Source of the DNA: Candidatus Wolfebacteria bacterium GW2011_GWE2_44_13
GTDB lineage: Bacteria > Patescibacteriota > Minisyncoccia > UBA6257 > UBA9933
Direction of reading: 5' to 3'
DNA: 64,000 bases
Assembly: GCA_001000675.1 (NCBI GenBank)
Contig: LCHW01000003.1
Location: forward strand, 3,873 to 67,872
Shown: positions 59,335-64,000 of the stretch, in pieces
Layout: every line of letters starts with the position of its first letter
Position numbering within the stretch: position 1 is the stretch's first letter
Made by a program: the position numbers and the translations under genes
Notes under the pieces: generated by a model
The model's database searches: none
What the model saw: the letters and a program-made list of their open reading frames with translations, nothing else
Told to the model about the DNA's origin: nothing

Positions 59335-60768
59335 TTACTTTAACTTTATAATCGGGCCTTGGGCGGTGTCGTCTACGACTAATCCATGTGCTGCAAGCTT
59401 GTCGCGCATTTCATCTGCTTTTGCATAATCCCCTGCCTTGCGTGCTTCATTGCGCTTCGCAACTAATGTATCCGCTTGTGCCTCATCAATTTTCTTCGTC
59501 AATTCAATGCGATACTGATCATACAGCGGCTCAATAAATCCAAGCACTTCGTCAAGCTCAAACATAAAGACTTTCACGTCTTTTGCTTGTTCGGTATTGA
59601 TGATATCCATGCTTTTGTTGACTTCGTTCATGAAATCAAAAATAGCTGCGAACGCACTACTCACATTAAAATCATCGTCCATTGCCTCGATAAACGCACC
59701 GCGGTGCTCCGTGATTACCGCCTCCATATCGATGTCGTTGTATTCAATATTTGTAACAGTATCGATTGTAAGCATAAACTGCACAAATCGATCGGCAATT
59801 GCTTTTACTTCTACAAAATCATCAAAACTAAAATCCATTGTTGTTCGATAGTGTGCCTTTAGCAATGCAATACGCCACAACAACGGATTATATCCTTTTT
59901 CAATGATATCTCGTAAGCCATATACATTCCCTACGGACTTTGACATCTTCTGCCCACTCAAAATAACATGTGCATTGTGCATCCAATAATTCGCAAACGG
60001 CTTGCCGGTTGCTGCTTCTGATTGCGCAATCTCATTCACATGGTGTGGGAACATTAAATCCACTCCACCGCAATGAATATCGAATGTTTCCCCTAAATAC
60101 TTCATTGCCATTGCAGAACATTCAATGTGCCATCCTGGACGCCCCTTTCCTAGCCGTGTCTCCCAGTAGACATCACCATCTTCTTCGCGATACCCTTTCC
60201 ATAACACAAAATCATTGCTTTCTTCTTTTTCATATTCATCGGCATTGCTTAGGCGCCCTTCTGCATTTTCTTTTAATTCCTGTTTTTCTAAACCAACAAG
60301 CTTTCCGTAATTGGGAAATTTTGCAATGCGGAAATAGACTGAACCATCAGCTTTATATGCATACCCTTTTTCTAACAGTAGCTCGGTAAGCGCAACCATT
60401 TCTTCGATATGGTCGGTTGCCTTTGGCATTACATCGGGCAATTCTATATTTAACTTTTCTAGGTCTTCTAAAAAGGCTGCTAGATATTTCTCGGTAAACG
60501 TCTTTAGACTTTCTTGTGCTTTAATACTCCCCTTGATTGTCTTGTCGTCCACATCGGTTACGTTCATAACGTGCTGTACTTCATAGCCGCTATATCGTAA
60601 ATATCGTTTTAATAGATCGTTAAATACATATGCACGCAAATTCCCAATGTGTACATAATTATATACCGTCGGTCCACAACCATACATACCCACCTTTTCC
60701 GGGTCGATCGCTTCAAATTCTTTATTCTCTTTACTTATTGGATCGTATATCTTCAACATATTAGCCAT
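59335..60768 (-). CDS. cysS: Cysteinyl-tRNA synthetase
   Basis: CGPTVY, HIGN, PGWHIECS, KMSKS; start reset to MANML. Confidence 0.96.
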   Translation of the reverse strand: MANMLKIYDPISKENKEFEAIDPEKVGMYGCGPTVYNYVHIGNLRAYVFNDLLKRYLRYSGYEVQHVMNVTDVDDKTIKGSIKAQESLKTFTEKYLAAFLEDLEKLNIELPDVMPKATDHIEEMVALTELLLEKGYAYKADGSVYFRIAKFPNYGKLVGLEKQELKENAEGRLSNADEYEKEESNDFVLWKGYREEDGDVYWETRLGKGRPGWHIECSAMAMKYLGETFDIHCGGVDLMFPHHVNEIAQSEAATGKPFANYWMHNAHVILSGQKMSKSVGNVYGLRDIIEKGYNPLLWRIALLKAHYRTTMDFSFDDFVEVKAIADRFVQFMLTIDTVTNIEYNDIDMEAVITEHRGAFIEAMDDDFNVSSAFAAIFDFMNEVNKSMDIINTEQAKDVKVFMFELDEVLGFIEPLYDQYRIELTKKIDEAQADTLVAKRNEARKAGDYAKADEMRDKLAAHGLVVDDTAQGPIIKLK

Positions 60769-60818
60769 TGTATAGTTCTTTTCTGTAAAAATAAATGGGC
60801 CCCAAAGGAGCCCACTGC

Positions 60819-61019
60819 TCATCCCCATATCCACCGAACGAGATACCACAGCACTCGGACGCCACACCCCATAATAATGGCGATTTGTTTTGCGAGCGGA
60901 AGGAACATAGCGAACGGGTCGCTTATGTTCTTCCGTATGGCAATCCCTGCGGCTTTTGCCGCTGCCAGACCTTCTGTCCGCGCTACCCGCATATCGGGCT
61001 CAAACGTTGTATAGGCCAC
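60819..61019 (-). CDS. Small orphan protein (GTG start after a strong SD)
   Basis: gggagg SD, TTGACA-17-TATGAG promoter, downstream hairpin. Confidence 0.45.
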   Translation of the reverse strand: MAYTTFEPDMRVARTEGLAAAKAAGIAIRKNISDPFAMFLPLAKQIAIIMGCGVRVLWYLVRWIWG

Positions 61020-61154
61020 GCGCACCTCCCTTGTTCATATCGATATAAAAGCTACCTACCTCATACCACACCCCTTCTCCTATGTCAATTTCTTGCAAAA
61101 TTTTTGCTTCCTCCCTATACTGAAATTTCAATACTCATTTAAATTATATTCATT

Positions 61155-61367
61155 ATGAAAACACGCAAAGACCTTATTCAGGAGTTTCTCGACAATGCAA
61201 AGGAATCCCTTATTCGCATTGAGTTGACCGAAGCATATCTTCAAAAGAAATACGGCGAAGAACAGCATCAGCACATCCTCGACGAGATGGCAAAGCTTGC
61301 AGCTAACAAGAAAGAAACCACTGATTGGATTTCTTTCATGGAAGACCAGCTTGTTTCAGAAAAATAA
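61155..61367 (+). CDS. Small helical hypothetical protein
   Basis: 70-aa ORF, -10-like tatact upstream, terminator downstream. Confidence 0.55.
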   Translation: MKTRKDLIQEFLDNAKESLIRIELTEAYLQKKYGEEQHQHILDEMAKLAANKKETTDWISFMEDQLVSEK

Positions 61368-61406
61368 AGTAAAAAATTGCCCCGCACTGCGGGGCTTTTT
61401 ATACCA

Positions 61407-61769
61407 TTACGGACGCTCCAGAATTTCTTTGGCAAGCGCTCTCAATGCTCGGTAGTCGAAGGGTTTTTTGATGACTGTCTCTGCAATCCCTCGTGCCACC
61501 ATCGGGATTTCATAGCCCGCAAATCCAGTCACCATCACAAAGGGCACCCGGCATCCCTTGTCATGCATCAAGATAACAAGTGCTCCACCGGACATCTCCC
61601 CTGGCAGTCCGTGGTCGACGATTGCAAGATCAAATGGCTCATCGGACAAGAGCTTGTACCCATTTTCTCCGTTGTCGGCAATGGTGATTGTTGCTCCCAG
61701 AGGCTCGAGACACCTAGCCAGCAATGCTTGCATGACGATACTATCTTCCACGATTAAAATCCGCTTCAT
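61407..61769 (-). CDS. Stand-alone response regulator receiver
   Basis: IVED, IVD..LP, VTG, KPF. Confidence 0.85.
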   Translation of the reverse strand: MKRILIVEDSIVMQALLARCLEPLGATITIADNGENGYKLLSDEPFDLAIVDHGLPGEMSGGALVILMHDKGCRVPFVMVTGFAGYEIPMVARGIAETVIKKPFDYRALRALAKEILERP

Positions 61770-61930
61770 GCTCTCCTCTCTTTCTTCCGACGCATAGCCA
61801 GAATACTCTGCTAAATTTCTTTATTTGCTATTTTCCTTATACAAGCCAACGACGCATGTGTCAACTGTTTTATATGGCTTTAAAAAAATTGCCCCGCACA
61901 TAGTGCGGGGCTTTCTCACCCGAAATTGTT

Positions 61931-62296
61931 TTATGCGGCTGGTTCTGCCGCCCCCTCCACCAACCGATCGATGAGGTCGATGAGTGACTGGGTTTCGTAC
62001 GGCTTCGACAAGAAGCCGTCGATCCCAAGGGATACCTCTTCTGCCTCGGAAGTTGAGGACACCATCACAATAGGCGTCTGCAACCCTTGTTCGCGAAGCC
62101 GCCGCACCATTTCCCCTCCCTTCATCACGGGCATGTCATAGTCAGTGATGATGAGGTTGAAGCCACCCTGCATTGCAACAGCTTCCCCTTCCTGCCCATT
62201 TTCAGCAGTGACGGTCACGTACCCGAATTCCTCGAGTACGGACACCATTAATCCCCTGAGAAACATGTCGTCGTCGACATATAGAACCTTCTTCAT
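61931..62296 (-). CDS. Stand-alone response regulator receiver
   Basis: VDDD, TDYDMP, VSS, KP. Confidence 0.88.
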   Translation of the reverse strand: MKKVLYVDDDMFLRGLMVSVLEEFGYVTVTAENGQEGEAVAMQGGFNLIITDYDMPVMKGGEMVRRLREQGLQTPIVMVSSTSEAEEVSLGIDGFLSKPYETQSLIDLIDRLVEGAAEPAA

Positions 62297-62473
62297 ATCT
62301 ACCCTCCTCTTCCTTTGGCTGTAGCCAGATTTATAATTTAACTGCTAAATATAGTATGCAAGGTAATAGTAAATATGTCAATACCATTTACGCAAACAAA
62401 AACCGCCCCTCACAGGCGGTTTTTTAGCACATGCTGTCATTATACAGCATTATGTTTTTTCATGCAAACAATT

Positions 62474-63079
62474 TTACAAGGCTGCATTAATTACATTAAG
62501 TTCACTCTGTAATTCTGCATCTATTCCTCCAATATTAAATGCATTAAGGTCTTGTTCGATAACCGATACATCATCTGCCTCTGGCGCAACAATTGGCTGC
62601 ATTTCCTGTATTTCTATTACAGGCGTTGCATCTTCTACTATTGGCGCTACTTCTGGCGTTGGTGCATTTGTTGTTCTCCAAAATAGGAATGCTCCCAACC
62701 CTACCAACAATCCTGCCACGATCACAGCGATGATTATGATTATTTTCTTTTTACCTCCCTCTTCTGGAATGCCACCTTGCATCTGCATCCCTTGTCCAGA
62801 CAAATCAATCGGCTGCATCGTTGTTTCCATCGGTGTTACGATAGTGTTAACAACGGGCTCTAGTACTTGCGGCTGCTGCATCACTGGAGGCGCCATATCA
62901 ACTGGAGTCATTATTGGTGCTTCTGCTACCGGCTGCGGTTGTACGGGAGCTGGTGTTGGCATTTCTACTGGCTGCTGTGGTTGCATCGGAGCGGGCACTG
63001 GCATTTCTACTGGCTGCTGCGGTTGAGCTGTGCCCTCCCCTACTGGCATGGTATTTTTTTCTATTTCTAGATTATCCAT
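62474..63079 (-). CDS. Pro/Gln-rich membrane-anchored protein with acidic C-terminal helix
   Basis: Start reset to MDNLE; PQQPVEMP repeats, one TM, IEQDLNAFNIGGIDAEL tail. Confidence 0.65.
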   Translation of the reverse strand: MDNLEIEKNTMPVGEGTAQPQQPVEMPVPAPMQPQQPVEMPTPAPVQPQPVAEAPIMTPVDMAPPVMQQPQVLEPVVNTIVTPMETTMQPIDLSGQGMQMQGGIPEEGGKKKIIIIIAVIVAGLLVGLGAFLFWRTTNAPTPEVAPIVEDATPVIEIQEMQPIVAPEADDVSVIEQDLNAFNIGGIDAELQSELNVINAAL

Positions 63080-63101
63080 TTTTTTATTCGTTACTACGTT
63101 A

Positions 63102-63644
63102 TTATCGAGCAGTTGATGTGCTGGTCGTTGCCGTTGCTGGCATACCATTACCCGCTCCTTTCATACTTACGATTGTTTCGACCAATGCCTTATGGGCTAC
63201 TTTTATTTTAGTAGTCACGTTCTTGGCGAGTTTATTTTTGATATTTGCGAATGCCGTTGCAGGCTTTGTCGATGCGACCATTGCTACATTCGCTTTCTTC
63301 ATTGTCGCCAATTCTGTCTTTGCTCCTGTGATTGCTTTTTGTGCCTCTACGAGCTTAGCGCTTGCGATTGTCATATCCTTCCCCTCAAGCTGTAGCTTTG
63401 CAATGCGCGACTGTATTCGCATCGCAACTTCCTCAAGCGTTGCGATGCGTACTTCTAAACTTCGCTCCAACCCCGTAACTGTTTCTTGTAAGCGTGCCTT
63501 TTTCGCAGCAGGTGTTAATGGCTTCTGCGTTGCTGTTACTGCTGGTTGTGGCGTTGTCGTTGTTGGTACTTGTGCATATGCAACGGCAGAAAATCCTGCA
63601 ATTGCCATACATCCAACAACTAAATATATATATTGTTTTTTCAT
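63102..63644 (-). CDS. Secreted coiled-coil protein, paralogue of 52675-53646
   Basis: Signal peptide; SRIAK...GKD, AHKA, ATATTSTST. Confidence 0.7.
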   Translation of the reverse strand: MKKQYIYLVVGCMAIAGFSAVAYAQVPTTTTPQPAVTATQKPLTPAAKKARLQETVTGLERSLEVRIATLEEVAMRIQSRIAKLQLEGKDMTIASAKLVEAQKAITGAKTELATMKKANVAMVASTKPATAFANIKNKLAKNVTTKIKVAHKALVETIVSMKGAGNGMPATATTSTSTAR

Positions 63645-63788
63645 ATGATTAGTTCTCCCTACGACCTTTTTATTTTAATGTATACGTATCTTTATTATAC
63701 ACTCTTCCAAAATAATTACGAATATAAAAACATCCCTTGTTTAATAAGGGATGTTTTTATATTCCATTTTATTATCTCCTGCTTTCTA

Positions 63789-64000
63789 TTATCTCGCCTG
63801 TACTCCTTTTCCATCCCAATACAACGCTGGAACGAATACAGAAACATTTGCCGCAGTTTTTTGTTCAGTGAGCCAATCGTTAAACACTCCATTCTGGAGG
63901 GTTATATTCCCTTCGAGTATCTCTTGTTTTGCTTTTGGCAAAAGCACAAGCTCCTTAAACTGCCCTGGCGTTAACCCATACATCAACCCTGTAGCCTTCC
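63789..64000 (-). CDS. C-terminal part of a gene entering from the window edge (possibly SurA-like)
   Basis: Frame open to the edge; YGLT..QFKELVL.P...F..WL pattern. Confidence 0.45.
   Translation of the reverse strand, partial: KATGLMYGLTPGQFKELVLLPKAKQEILEGNITLQNGVFNDWLTEQKTAANVSVFVPALYWDGKGVQAR

Noticed and set aside
60769-60867. N-terminal extension of CysS given by the ORF track
   Set aside because: It runs through a terminator-like hairpin and overlaps the upstream ORF; homology begins at MLKIYD
1-64000. CRISPR array, cas genes, prophage, integrase or transposase
   Set aside because: No regularly spaced repeat-spacer array and no recognisable Cas, phage structural, integrase or transposase motifs in the ORF track

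Overview
Chromosomal window from a small-genome bacterium. Gene content (many envelope-anchored hypotheticals, a VirB4/PrgI/VirB6 locus with no relaxase, few biosynthetic genes, mostly CCA-less tRNAs) points to Patescibacteria/CPR, Parcubacteria-like; this is inference. It uses the standard code with UGA as stop, and most genes lie on the minus strand. Contents: PBP2, a PAS histidine kinase, a ~13 kb T4SS/pilin-like locus, rsmA, uvrD, comM, recG, a partial dcw cluster (mraZ-rsmH-ftsL-ftsI-murF), ABC transporters, rplJL, ftsEX, prfB, serS, dnaX, cysS, an SLC5-histidine kinase fusion and 12 tRNA genes. The most unusual signals are: (1) a six-copy dispersed ~105-135 bp element with terminal inverted arms and compensatory base changes, one copy translated in frame inside RsmA; (2) tRNA-end duplications and long hairpins next to several tRNAs; (3) a two-gene module (secreted coiled-coil plus anchored partner) present twice; (4) an HTH-LAGLIDADG-like gene abutting tRNA-Gln; (5) cassette-like orphan genes with their own promoter, SD and near-identical terminators. 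All protein family calls come from motif recognition by eye; no searches were run.
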